Assembly (NCBI GenBank): GCA_026023565.1 | Contig: JAPETS010000016.1 | Location: 186,001-250,000 of the forward strand | Reading direction: 5' to 3' | DNA: 64,000 nucleotides | From: Cirrosporium novae-zelandiae | Lineage: Eukaryota | In this document: positions 1 through 13,254 of the stretch, piece by piece | Layout of the letters: each line of letters begins with the position of its first letter | Numbering within the stretch: the stretch's first letter is position 1 | The notes under the pieces: generated by a model | The model's database searches: none | The model's input: only the letters and a program-made list of their open reading frames with translations | Told to the model about the DNA's origin: nothing | Translations under genes and position numbers: made by a program

Positions 1-619
1 GTATTGTTTTTGAAGGTTAATAAATCGAGGTCCAAGGAGAAGAATAGCGAGAGCCTGTTTCTGAGATGAACTGATTGTTGAAAGCGAAATAGCGTGGGTA
101 TATTGAACTTGAGGAGCTTTTAATATGAAAAGGTTGGATGATTAGTTTTTTTGGGAAGTGAATTGATGAATGACACAGTGTATTAAAGTAATTTAGTAGA
201 CTCGGGTTATATGAAGCATACCAAGCAAAGTTAGAGGCAACTAATCACGCACTGTCAGGCGTCTGTTGCGTCTGTCAAAGCCGCCAGCATCTAATTAGCG
301 CGTGTCAAATGACCCGGTAGCCCGAAGCGCTGAATCTCCGACCTTCCGTGGGACTCTACTATAGGACTCTATTGTAGGACTCTACTACCAATTATTATTA
401 CTGCTATTTCTGTGACTGCGACTGCGGGATTACTGCAATTCCAAACTCCAATTATTTGGGTATTTTGATTTTTAGAATAGGTTTAATAAACTCCCCATCG
501 CAAAGCGCCTATTCCGGTTACCAACATTCTGATCATCATTTCAATCCATCATTCATCCTCAAAAGTTCCTCCATTATAGGTTCCATCATAAGGGCTGTTG
601 ATGACAGAATCGTATTCCT

Positions 620-1027
620 CTAGGCTTTCAGACCGTCTCCCACAGCAGTAACAATTTGATCCTCTTCTACCATCGGTGGGAACTTTTCACCCATTGCTTT
701 GACGGCTTCCAAAGCCTTGACAGAACATGTAGCTGCGAACCCTTTGAGGAGCGTATATTCATGAGTTATAATACCGCCCTAGATGGAGCAAAGAATTAGC
801 TTCTATGAATCCACACGCACTCAAAGGCGAACAGATGTAGAGTAGTCTTGTAGTAAGATGACTTGACATACGGCTTTGATGATGGCCTCCTTCGCATCAC
901 TGATCAGATAGTTCGGGGTCTCGGGCGGGTATGTAACGATGACGGACTTCTCTGGTTGCGCCACAGCAAGGACGGCTGTAACCATCAAGAGCAGGGCAAA
1001 GAACAAAGTAAAGATGTTGAACTTCAT
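620..1027 (-). CDS. Small secreted peptidase inhibitor I9 / subtilisin-propeptide-like protein (2 exons: 1027-872, 778-620)
   Basis: Signal peptide MKFNIFTLFFALLLMVTAVLA. GTATGT..TAG intron at 871-779. The spliced product reads SVIVTYP..AKEAIIKA-GGIITHEY..LKGFAA..VEEDQIVTA, typical of I9 proteins. TAG stop at 620-622. Confidence 0.8.
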
Positions 1028-1703
1028 TTTTTGCTAATGGTTCTTTTCTTCAACAATAAAATTATATTTTGGATTTGATGTGAGTAGACTGTAGGATATT
1101 TTCTGTTTGTAGGTAGTCAGTGGGATAAGTTATTGTTCAGGCAGACATATTCTACGGTATGTAGACTAACGATGGAACTCTTTGGTTCCGAAACCAGAAG
1201 CGATGAAGTAAGGTTCACGTGAGAAGATTAGTCTGTCACGTGCCACTCCGCAACTACATTGCCATTATTGATTATTGATTATTGTACCCCGGTTATCAAT
1301 TCTGATAACCATCACCCTCGGCGCGTATGCTGATATCACAACGATAGTGGTTTGCGTTCATTGCCACCTTGACCTATGTAAAGTAGACAGTGGAGTTCAA
1401 GCTAAAGAATGCCATGCAAAACCTTCACCAACGACTAACGACAACTCTCATAAGAAGCATGTCCCCGGTCAAGTTCAAACTATCTATGGATAAGTGGCCA
1501 AGGAAAATAAATGTAGTGAGAGGCTTGTGGAGAGATCATGCCAATATCCTGGGATATTACGACATGCAAATAATAATAAACTTGGATCTTCCTTACCCTT
1601 GTTGCAAATTATATATACCCCTTCTTTTGCACAACTCCTTTTAACAAAAAATTCCTTTTTAAACACAAAACTCCCAAAAATGCCCCTAAGAATCCTAAAT
1701 CGT

Positions 1704-3660
1704 TTATATTCCTGAGTCTATTTGATCGGGAATATGGTTTCCGGTATAGGCCGACCAATCGCGACAAGTCTGCGCCATGACATAAGGGATTTGATAATTT
1801 TTCCTAATATCTTCAGGTCGTTCTAGCACGTTAAAGGCCATACCGCCAGAAAGATGCCCTGCGATATGGCAGTGAAGAGACCAAAGACCAGGATTATCGG
1901 CGTCCATTTGAATAACGAGATAACCATTTGCTAGTACATCCTGAACATCCCGGCGTTGAGGATTTGAAGGATTGATAATGGTGCCATCCCAGGTACCCGG
2001 GCCTTCGTTCAAGACATATACATTATGGCCGTGCAAATGCATAGGATGACTAATGGGTGAATTGTTCTGGATGATGAAACGTATGCTTGAATTGGTGCCA
2101 TAGTTGATGGTGTTCCATTCAGGTGGGTAGGAATAGTTGCCTTGGTTGGCGAGGAGGAGAACAGGGCTATTATAATCGGCACGGAATGTAATTCCGTCCA
2201 TGAGCCAATTCCAGGATCCGGTAGAATTTTGCTCATAAGTCATGACCATGGTGGTGGTGGTGTCAGGTTCTGGTGGAGTAAGGGGATATGATGGAACTGT
2301 TTCGTTGAGGGGGTCCTGTGGAATATGTTAGTGGTAGGAGGCGAGCTATCCGTTTTAGATACATACGTTGTCACAATTCGAGAGATCGATGTTATAGCTT
2401 GACGTGTTTGGTTTGTAGTTGGTGTCAGCGTCCTCGTAGTAGACCACAGCCAAGGCGCCTTTATTGGTGGGTGCCGGAGTGCTATTCAACTGTGAGCAAA
2501 GACCTTTAGCTATTTGGAAATGAGATGGAGCACCTGCAAGCGCTACTGAGATTAGCTCTCATCCAGTAAGCGGCCGAAGGATCCCCGCTTCCATATACGA
2601 GAATGTCTGTTCGCTGGCCAACAGCAAGAGTGATAACAGTAGTATTGTAGGGATTAATGGGAACAAAATCGTTGGCGATAACTTGTAGGATATGGTCGTC
2701 AATGCTGAACTTTAGGATAGCCTCGCTGCCAGAATTAATCAACCGCAAACGGTGGACCTTTCCAGACGTGAATTGAAATTTACTAAGACCAGCGTCGTTG
2801 GTGCAAGAAGTACCATTCGCCGCAGCTGAGCAGTTGAAGTACATTTTCCCGTTGATGAGCGTGTTGTCAGACTTGGGGAGGGTTGGAAATTGCCCTTGTG
2901 GGTACGACTGGACAAGCTGCTTAACGATGGAGAAGTAATCATTGTGATACCAATCAAAGAGCATAACTGGGCCAAGATCGATATCGTATCCCATTGTATT
3001 ATCCCAGGGACCATGGATTATCAGGGGACCAAATATTCCATCGGCATATTGTGAGCTATAATGAGAATGATACCAAGTAGTGCCGTAAAGATCTGCCTGA
3101 AATTGGTATGTGAAAGACTTCCCAGGCGCAATAGGACATTGTTGACCTCCCGGTGTTCCATCCATCCAAGGAGTCGTTTTCTGAAGGATACCATGCCAAT
3201 GTATAGTGGTTCCTTCTTCGGGTCCTTCGATATTGTTCTTCACTGTGACTTGAATCGTGTCCCCCCAATTGGCTTCGATAGTAGGACCCGGGAATTGGTC
3301 ATTAATGATCATGCCACTTTTCAGATAGCCATCTGGAGCTATCATTCCTCGAGATATATTAAAGGTATAACTCCGAATTACCCCAGTAATTGGAGGTTGA
3401 GTATATGGATCGGTATTCTTGGTCGTCGCAAGACCCCAGGGAAGTCCACTCACCATAGGCCCATCAAGGTAGTGAGGAAGCTTTGGGGCCTGGAGAGTAC
3501 CAAGGAGTGAATTGCCTGTGTCCTGTTACCAACTTATCCTACAAAGATGGATTCTTGGGAACATACCATTCGTCATGCGCTGTGGAAGACTTGGGGGAAG
3601 GATGCCTCCTGTGGTAGCGAGCCAGCCGGCGACGGCTTTCGTCCAGTTCCCAATTGCCAT
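1704..3660 (-). CDS. Laccase-like multicopper oxidase (AA1), multi-exon
   Basis: All four Cu-binding motifs are present: HWHG, WYHSH, HPMHLHGH, HCHIAGHLSGGM. Ascomycete-type C-terminus DSGI. ATG at 3660 with a GTATGT intron joining to ..NSLLGTLQAP..PWG. Two more introns near 2530-2500 and 2365-2318. Confidence 0.93.
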
Positions 3661-4596
3661 GTTGCATTAATGAGTGAGTATTTTGAAGAATCTAAACGAG
3701 AGACTAAAGAAGAGAGAATGAAAAAGGATTGATGGTTTGAATGAATGAGCAAGAATGAGTGAATTATGTGGGAATATATAAAACCTCTGACTGGAGGTTG
3801 CCGTAGAAAAAAAGAGAAAAACGAGAGTAGGGTTGACGATTGGAAGTGCCCTCCACATTCAGATCCACAATGATTCACGCGCACGACACAGATAAATACG
3901 GTGGATGATTCAAAGAAAAATGTCTCGTCCTGGCAACAGAAAGCTGTCCCATTAGAAAATAGCTGTGCCGAAAGCTAGCTAGTCCTATCCAGGTAGGACC
4001 AGGTAAGACATCTCCTGTTCGGGTTCCCAGAAGACGCCATCAAACGCGGTAGGACGGGGCCGAGAAGGAGGCTTTTGATACCCACATTCACATCCACATC
4101 ATCTATAGCAAACAACGTATCAAAGCCAAATGGAGGCTCTGAGCGATGAGCTCTCGGAAGCCACCGCGTCAAAGTTACAATATGCTTGTTTTGTTCTAAG
4201 CTCCAGGGGTAATGACTGAACTTCACCAGAACTAGATTGGGTGTGGATGTTGTGCTTCTGTTATGTTCTATATGTTTTATTACCAGTTTAAGTTGAGGTT
4301 GCTGCATAGTGATATAAAACCAGATGACGATCTCCGGTTGTCATCGTTTTCAGACAATGTGAATGGATGATAAGAGAGTCGAGTACCGTCAGTCAACTGC
4401 AAGCCCAAAAGGAGTTGGGAGGGAGATAGAGATGATGTGAAATTACCTAGGCAAACGGTAACAAATTTGGGCCATGAAAGATCTACAGCCATGTATCAAT
4501 GCTTCTAAAAGTCTATTAGCTTTCTTTATCCGACACCCTGGAAACCAAGAACGGCCAATACAAGGAATACGCCATTGTAATGTAGTGTGACTTGAT

Positions 4597-4645
4597 GGGG
4601 TTGGGGAATTGGGAATTGGGGAATTGGGGAATTGGGGAATTGGGA
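4597..4645 (+). repeat. Tandem G3-4AATT repeat (G-quadruplex-capable)
   Basis: GGGGTT followed by several GGG(G)AATT units and a final GGG run, read directly. Confidence 0.85.
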
Positions 4646-7600
4646 ACAGTGCTCAACCACTCAACCACAAAATGCTAAAGAATGGATCCGTCAAGCCCTA
4701 TCTCTTGTCAGACCAGTGGGAGAATTGATGAATGTCAGTGAAGGGCAGAGGTTTAAACAAACTTCAAATTCAGAACCCCCCAAAGTAGTTAGACGTGTGA
4801 GGGTGATATCTGAGCCCCCACCAGGTCCCTGCGTTAGATGCCCTCGTCCGAGGAATCCTTGACTTTATTTAGACCTTTCTATTTTGTCTCAGAATCTCAT
4901 TCCATGGCTTCATTATTTTCTTCATCTTTAGCAAATAATTATATATCGTAATATCAGTTTTCTCCAGTTCCTTCCAATTCCCCATCCTAGAGCCCCTACC
5001 CCGGTTCATCCAACCCCAAGATCGCTAAGTTAATTCATCCTCTCCTTACTGCTAACTTACTCCCTTCCTGACTTGGAGACTAGAGGCGACTTATTTTACT
5101 TTCGGGGTATTTTCATAGCCATTTTTCGGTCGCCGAATGGCTACGCTTGACTGTTTGATGTCAAGTGCTTAAAATTTTCCGACACGAACAAATACTACCA
5201 AAAAAATAAGATTGCAACGGCATATCTACCTTGGTACCGAGGTAGGTACTTACCAGGCAATAAGGCAACAAGGCAACGAGGCTGTTGGCTTGCCTGAGGC
5301 TGTGGTACTAGTTCGTGTTCTTAACCGTTATTTTCGAACAGCATGAAACGTTCATGTGGGACGCTCATAAGATCTTCCTTGTCCATGGTCCCTTTTTAAT
5401 TGAATCTTCGATGGATGCAGCCCATTTGCAGCCCCTTTCGATGAACAAGGATCAGACACAAACATAAGGATAGTTAAGCATGGGAATAAGCATATTCATA
5501 TCCATGGCATCTGACCCTAGAATTCATAAATGCCACCTGGTATTACCAACTCTCTACCTTCCACCTCATGTGCATTTATCAATTTTGGCTTTCCTGCCTC
5601 GTCAACACTCTTCCTACACATTCTTGTTGCCGCCCACTTCAAATATTCCGCGTGACCAAAAAAAAAAAAAACTTATAACTCATCTCAGTCCAAGATAAAA
5701 ACGACAGCTCATGCTATTAAAATTTTTCTTAGAATTAACCTTTCCTCCTGCATGAATTTTATTAATGATTTCCACCCTTGCACTATGCATATCTACCAAC
5801 TAGTCGCCGCCTCTCCTACTAGTGTTTTACAACGCGCCTATAACCTTCAGTTTATCTCATGCTATCCTTTCCGCTCATCGTCGATCAACAAATTCCCTCA
5901 ATTCCGCATCGTCCTATTCTGGTATATCGGTGCATCCGAGAGGAAACACGGAGCCACATATTACATGCCGTAATAGCCGCCAACCAGCCAGCTATCCAGC
6001 CATCCAGGAAACGTACATATGCAAAGTAAATCTGAAACTCGGAATGGTTACACAAAACGAATACATCTAGTGAGCGTCATGAATCATCCTGTCACGCCCT
6101 GCTTACCTAGGCAGTTATCATCACCTATCAAGCAAAGACCCACCAATTTATCCATCTTCATAAAACTTTTCCTGCCGCAATAACATCATTTCTTCATAAA
6201 CTTGATGACCTTCTTAACCCTGGAAAGCAAAAATCCCATTTTAGATGAATTTTAAAAGACCTTTTCTATAAACCTCGGCCTCGATTTCGGATAAATTGTT
6301 AAGCCAGTAGTTGAAATTAATATCCGGATCGTTGCTTTGATTTATACGCATTGTAAATAGGTAGAGTGCACGCAACCTGCATTCGCACCTCAGGCACCAC
6401 GCTAGTATGTCATATGGTGATTACTCATAAATGAGTAATTCAGCGCACACAAAAAAGGGGTAAGGCCTTAGAGTGCCTAGGTATTCGAGTAGAATTCTCC
6501 GAGTCACCCAAGTTTCACAAGAATATAATATGATCTACATTAAGTAAAATATGGAGTTTGGATAATATATATTATACATTTTGTCTAACACGAGATGCCA
6601 AAGGTCACTAGGAATAGCCCTTCTAGACATCCTTCTAGACTCTACAAATTGGAGTCGACATGGATATATTGTATCACTGCTGAGATGAGTAGCCCAGCCT
6701 TGTGACAGCAACAAACAACTACTAATATACCAACGAATCCACATATTTATCTTATTCTTTATTACCGCCGATATCTTTCTATATCCCTTCCCATAATTGC
6801 GGTTAATATATTAAGCTGTTCCTTGCATTGATAGGAGATAGATGCCTTGTTTCGTATCAATTATCAGTCCAAGCTTTCAACCTCTTATCAGGTAATCGCG
6901 AGAAAAAGAAAAACAAGTCAACGTGTCTTCGACGTCACCAACTCCGAAAGCAGGTCCTGAAGGATCTTCTGATTCTCCAAATTTAGCTGACTCACGATCC
7001 ACAGATCGCCTTGGGACTTTGTCTCATAATACTTCAAGGTTTCTCCGTCGAAGCATATTGGGGGTGGATCCCCGCTTAGGGAAAGAAGTTGACTCTGTTC
7101 CTAGACCTCCAACGCATCCCTGTAGGCTTCCACCCAACAGATTTAAAATTTCATGTTCCCTAGTCGATAAAGCCGTCTGCAGGTTGTTCTGGATAACAGT
7201 GACCAAGATCTTCTTAATCGACGATGAGGGTGATGATAAAAAGGAAAATGGCAAAATCCATGAGATCATTTATAGTCTCAAGGATCCCGAGGATATTTTA
7301 TCAATGGTACCATCTCCCTGTAATAATGTGAGTTTTAAACCTCTAATTTGTGTACGACAGTGAGATCTGACCAAATTAATGGATGGTTTGGGTTGAAGCA
7401 TACATTCCACAGTGATGCTATCTAGGACCACTTCTTTAAATCGGGTTTTGGGGATTTTGAAGAGACAGTACTGTAACGGTAGTTTGCCGCATAGTGGCTG
7501 CATTAGTCCACATGCTACAATATGGCACGCTAACAAACAGCATATCGAGTATCCTAGGCTGGCTATTTCCGCATGTCTCTCGTGGCCATACAAGTCATAA

Positions 7601-9122
7601 GTCTAATTAGTTTTTCGTCAGAAGTCGTACTTGAGTTGCGAAATGAAGAGCCAATTCAGGATCACGACTCACTCCGGCTACTTCAATCAATCCTCCGAAA
7701 ACTCTATTGGAAAGGCCACGAGTCTCCCAAAATGCCACTCCTAGGTGCGTAGGAAGTGAATAGGCAAAGGTCCGAACAAGGAAATAAAGAAATTGAATTG
7801 TTTATGGAATTTGGAGAAGACCTGGAGATGTTATAGACACCAAATAAAAGATAAAGACTTCCAAAAAAGAAAAGAAAAAAAATGAAAAAAATGATCGTCT
7901 AGATAGGTATCTGAATACCAGAAAAAGAGATTGAGCTTCTCCAGGAGATCAAAGACAATGCTAGTGAGATAAAAAATATATATCTTCAACCTGAGAGGCG
8001 CAGAATATCAATTATCCAGTCGCCCAAACAAGGATCCTTCGATACAACGACGAGGATGTCGCTCCTCTCAGGGCATACCACGCTGTGTGGAGGCCGAGCA
8101 CATGATTGAAGATCGCCTTTGAGATTTTTTTAAAAAAAAGGAAGAAATGTGATACCCGTGAAAGTGAATGATGCGGTTAGGCCCTACCTACCTACCTACC
8201 TACTTGTATTGAACAATGTTTCGTGGCTTGAGCCAATATAAAGCAGCTCACGGGGCCTGGAATTATAAGAGGTGGCACATACGTTGTCTTGCTTGGCCGT
8301 TTCTTGGGCTTCCTTACATGCTGAATGAGGCTCCCACAACGTTGCCATGCTGCTGTTTAAGATCCAGGAGGTGATTGAGCTCTACGTTGATTGCTTCCTA
8401 ACTTTATTAGGTATGCCTGTCTTCACCATCATCACCTATTACCTCTATCAGCCTCATTTGGTCACCAGGAATCCCCCCCCCCCCCAACAAGTGCTCACGT
8501 AGCTACCCATATCATTATTCTTTGCACTAGGTATCACCCACCATCTAAAAGACCTTAACTCTAACTCTAATACTACTAGTACGGTACAAACAAGCCATTG
8601 AGCTATTGGAGCAGATAGATGCGACAAACTTGTGGATTCTTTGTGTGGGAATAGCTAACTAAATAGTGGGTGTTACGTGACCGGTTTACTACCTCAACAT
8701 GAACCTCATCTCCAATTATCCCTATTAATATCAATGCCCTTTTTAATATCTACTTCACCCTTTCTCTACCAAGTCCACTCTATATATAAAAAATATACAA
8801 AATATACAAAATATACACAAGACCCCCTACCCATCCTAAGGAGTCGGCAGGCATATCATCCACCATACTCATTCCCCAACCCAACCAACCCCCCTGGGGA
8901 GTAAGTCGTTGTTTAATTCTAGGTTATGTTATGTTCGGTTAGGTATGTAAATAAGTACGTAAGAGGGTAAATAAGAGATGGATACCCAAACCCAAACTAC
9001 GTCCTACCTATTGTGGAGACGTGAAGGGTCTTCTACTTCACTCTGCTTATCCAAAAGAGTTATCTATAAACTAGAAGAAGAAGAAGAAGAAGAAAAATAA
9101 TTTCACTCGAGTCAACTAACAT

Positions 9123-9124
<2 letters not shown>

Positions 9125-9193
<69 letters not shown>
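9125..9193 (+). repeat. (AAT)23 microsatellite within a low-complexity island (~8740-10460)
   Basis: Perfect AAT run. Nearby are a (GAA)n run at ~9074-9094, (CT)n and poly-G tracts. Confidence 0.97.
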
Positions 9194-10468
9194 CATTGAC
9201 CTACTCTTCAATAACGAATGATCTTGAACCTCAGGCCTCCTCCCTCATTCGAAGCTTGAGGTATGAATATAGGGATATAAATACATGTCCCATCTACGTA
9301 TATGGTATATGGTACTGTAGGAAAGACTGAAGTTAAATCATTCCCTTCCAATGCCTTAGATATCAAATACTCTCTCTCTCTCTTTTTTTCTCTCTCTCAT
9401 ATATATATAAAAAAATAAAAATAAAGAATAAATATCTATCTATTTATCCATCTATTCATCCAACATACCAAACCAAAACCAAAAACCAACAAATATAATT
9501 AATAAAATAATAAAATAAATAAAAAAAAAATGGCTACGATACGATACGATTAGGGTCTAATTACCAATTATCAATTAACTCTTAGTATTAGACCAACCCT
9601 TTGGTATTAAAACCACGACCCACATCTCTTTCGTTTTTCGCTTTTCGTCTTTCGTCTTTCACCCCAAAGGACAAAGGGATAGGTTAGGTTGTGTGAGTAG
9701 TGTGAGTAGTGTAGTGTCCTTAATGGTTGGTTAGTTGGTGTGACAAGGGGGGGGGGGGGGTTGTCGGCGCGGCGGGGACTGGAAGAGTAGAAGAGAGAGA
9801 GGGGGGGGGGGAGGGAAATTTATAAAGAAAGAAAGAGAAAGAGAAAGAGATGGTTGTAGGTGAATGAATTCAATTGATATTAACTGTATTTGTTTATTTA
9901 TTTACTTGATCTTGAATGACTTGTGAGTTTGTGATTTTGGATTCTTCTTTTTTTAGAATAGTCTACTACATGTACAGTAGATGAAAGGGACAGGCGAAAG
10001 AGCTAAACGACGACGACGTTTTTGGCTTACTTAACCAAACTAACTAATTATAGCGAAACCAATCGAACTGTGAAGGTTAGATTGAGTTATGTAATGTACT
10101 GTATATATATATGCTTGATACCCGCTTATCTTATCTAGATAGAGATGGGGAAGGATTTAGTTATGCTTGATATGATTTGATTCGACTTGACATATAGAGA
10201 GTGCTGTGTGCTGTGTGCTGTGTGTGGTGGGAATATAGCAAAGGTGATTAAGGTGATAAATAGTAAGGATTTTATCAGCTGGGAAGTTTGAGACTTAAGA
10301 AAATCCTTTTATAATAACCTAGATAACTATGGAGGGGGGGGGGGGGTTCTGGCTTGAATATCTGAAGAGATAGAGTAGAGTTGGATGATAGATTCCATGA
10401 TAGCAAACAACATGATTTGCTATGATTGTTGAAAGGGAAAGAAATGAAAAAAAAAATACATTAGAAGG

Positions 10469-12527
10469 CTAGGTTGGGTTTTGTGGGTCGTATGGCAGCT
10501 CCATAGTCATATCAACTTCGGCGTCTTCTATTGTTGGGAGCGGGAATGAAAATGGTAGTGGGTATTGTTGAAAGTCGGGGTCGCCTGCGTAGATGGGTGG
10601 TAAAGTGGTGGTATACATGGGAAGCTGGCTGCTGGTCAGGGTGATGGGAGTATAGCCGGCTGGGAGGTTGAAGCCCTGAAAAGCTGGTCCTGGTTGTGGC
10701 ATTTGGTAATAGGCGTAATTGTTCGGGTCGTTCCATGCCTGCGAATTATTGTGTCCTTCAACTTCCATATTAATAATGAAGGGATAGCTGGAATTACCCC
10801 CATAGGCTGTGTATACCCCCTCCTGTTGATGCGAATTCACCTGGGCCAAATTTCCTATTTCTTCGACTTCCATTTCTTCCTCTTCCATGTCTTCCTCTTC
10901 CATGCTTTCCTCTTCCATGTCTTCCTTCTCTATGTTTCTGCATTCTATACATCCTAAAAGCTCACAAAGACCGACCTTGTGTTGCGTTGTTGTAACGTGA
11001 GCCGCCATAAGACAGTTTTTAAGCCCAAATAACAGTTGTTCGGGCGTACTCAAACGGGGAACAGTTTCGACTTCGAAATTTTTCTTTTCCAATCGGTGTG
11101 ATTCGCATCTATCTGTAACCCCAAATATTGCGCCCTTATTTTGATCCATATTCTAGTCCAATAATCTTTTTGATTCTTTGTGTTTTCCACATGCGGCATA
11201 AGGTTCAACTAGAGCTTAGTTTGCTGCTGTGAAACTATAGGGACATATATCTTTATTCTTTAAGCCAGAAAGAACAGATTTGAGAATCATTTCGGCTTGT
11301 CCGAGCCTTTTAGCCCTAATGAAGGCTTCGACCACATCAATGGCAACAACTCGCAACGTGTGGTCTAGTCGTGGAGCTTCGTGGACAATGATGGCACCAG
11401 CCAGTTGTTCCAGAATTTTGTATCCTTTTGCGTCCTTGGGTAGGCGGCATATGCTTTGTAGTATTCTACAATCATAGCAATCGAAGGTAAAGTTGAGTGT
11501 TTTAATCACGCGTATATAGCCACTTTGGTCTTGATAATTGCCTGGCACATCGATTGTACTAAGGAGTATATTATGAAGGCTAGAGCCTTGCAGATTAGGA
11601 TCCATGGTGCCTGATCTGAAGAATGTAAGGAATGTACTAATCCAATCAAATGGGGCGAGCGGAGGACTAGATGGGATTGGGGATTGCTGAATGTATTTTT
11701 CACGGTCAAAAGAAGTTGGAGGGATCCAGTAATCCTTAGGGCTAATACCATGTTCTCGAAGTCGATCTTTCATCCAACTATATATTGAATCTGAAGGACT
11801 GGATGACCTTGAACCTTGCTGGATGTTGTTATCGGGGTTAGAAGTAGGAAGGATCCTACCGCCAGGTATAGGGTAAAAACTATCCCTCCGGCAGGGAGGA
11901 CCGTAATTTTTGGATAGATTGACGTAAAAAGACTCAGCTGTCCCATCTGTAGTTCTAGGGGCGTTTCGTGGTGTGGAGTAGCTAAGATCTGGGGGCGTCG
12001 CCACTTAAAATAAAAGTTAGCAACACAATTGATTTCAGACGTACAGTACATAGAAAGAGTTATTACCAGTATTAGAAGCGACATTTTCTTCGCTGATCTT
12101 ATTCCTCTTTCTGTATCGATTGATATCCTTCTTATCGACCTCTTTGCCTCGGAGAATAAATTCGGTCTCTTTCCCATCGTCCTGTTTACGTTTTTTCTCT
12201 ATCCGGTCCATGCACATATACTCATCGCCATTGATACGTTTGTGATTTAGGCCCCACTTGTGTAGCTGCTTCTTGTACTGATTTTCCCTGAAATAGAATT
12301 AGAATTCTTATAGCGATAGTGGTAACCTCTTAAACAAAATTAAATATATTGACATACGTGGCCTTGAACTTGTATTTCTCTTTCATCTCTTTCATCACTT
12401 CTGTAAGCGTTTTCACTGGATAGAGTTCTGCAATTGTTGCCTTATATGGTTCCCAATCATCGGGGCCATTTGGGACGTAAGGTTGCGAGTGAAGCGGCTA
12501 GAAGGCGACCATGCTGGAAGACTCCAT
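10469..12527 (-). pseudogene. Clr5-domain protein, probably disabled
   Basis: Exons give DDWEPYKATIAELY..LTEVMKEMKEKYKFKAT / ENQYKKQLHKWGLNHKRI..KETEFILRGKEV, the Clr5 domain pattern, then ATPPDLSYSTP. In-frame TAGs at 12498-12500 (codon 10 after ATG 12527) and at 11153-11155. Confidence 0.7.
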
Positions 12528-13254
12528 TGTGAATAATAGATAGGAAAGGTAAAGGGAAGCTAGATGTAGAACTGGAAAGTATATATGAAGAGTGAATTGT
12601 GGTGGTAATTGATCAACAACATAGGGAATCTGGGCTCTATTTATTTTCCATATCGAGAAACTTAGTTAGGACTATCATCGGGAAACCTTGGCAATGATGC
12701 CAGCAACTGATGATGAGAAAAAGAAGCAGGGGCATAAGTTCCATGCATACACTATCATCATACCCGAGCCTTAAAGGTTCAAGTTTAGCAGGCCAATAGC
12801 CGGGGTACGCAGCCCATAACTAAGGCATTGGTTTGGTGGGTTGCCAAAGGTAGAACTTCTGGCGTCAGCACAACACATGTAACCAATCCAAGCAAGAATA
12901 CACAAGTTTCTTGCATGAAATGGAACCCAATTAAATGCTAGCTTCTCAAACTCATGTGAACGTGATAAACGTGTCTGTCTATCCCCTAAACTAACCACTA
13001 ACGGCCCTAGCAAAGAAGGGGGGGGGGTAATGCTTAAAGGTTTATTTGTCCAATGACAAGATCTTTAGGCTCAGTGTTATTCATCAAAGAAGTTGATGCC
13101 TACCTCTACCTGGGAATAGGTTATCTGACCTGTCATAATCCTTACATGATACCCCCCCTAGGTAGGTACATGAATCTTTCATCATTCATATCATCATCCC
13201 CATCTTCTAAGTCACACCAAACTACCGTCATGTCATATTGGACATTGAATCGGA

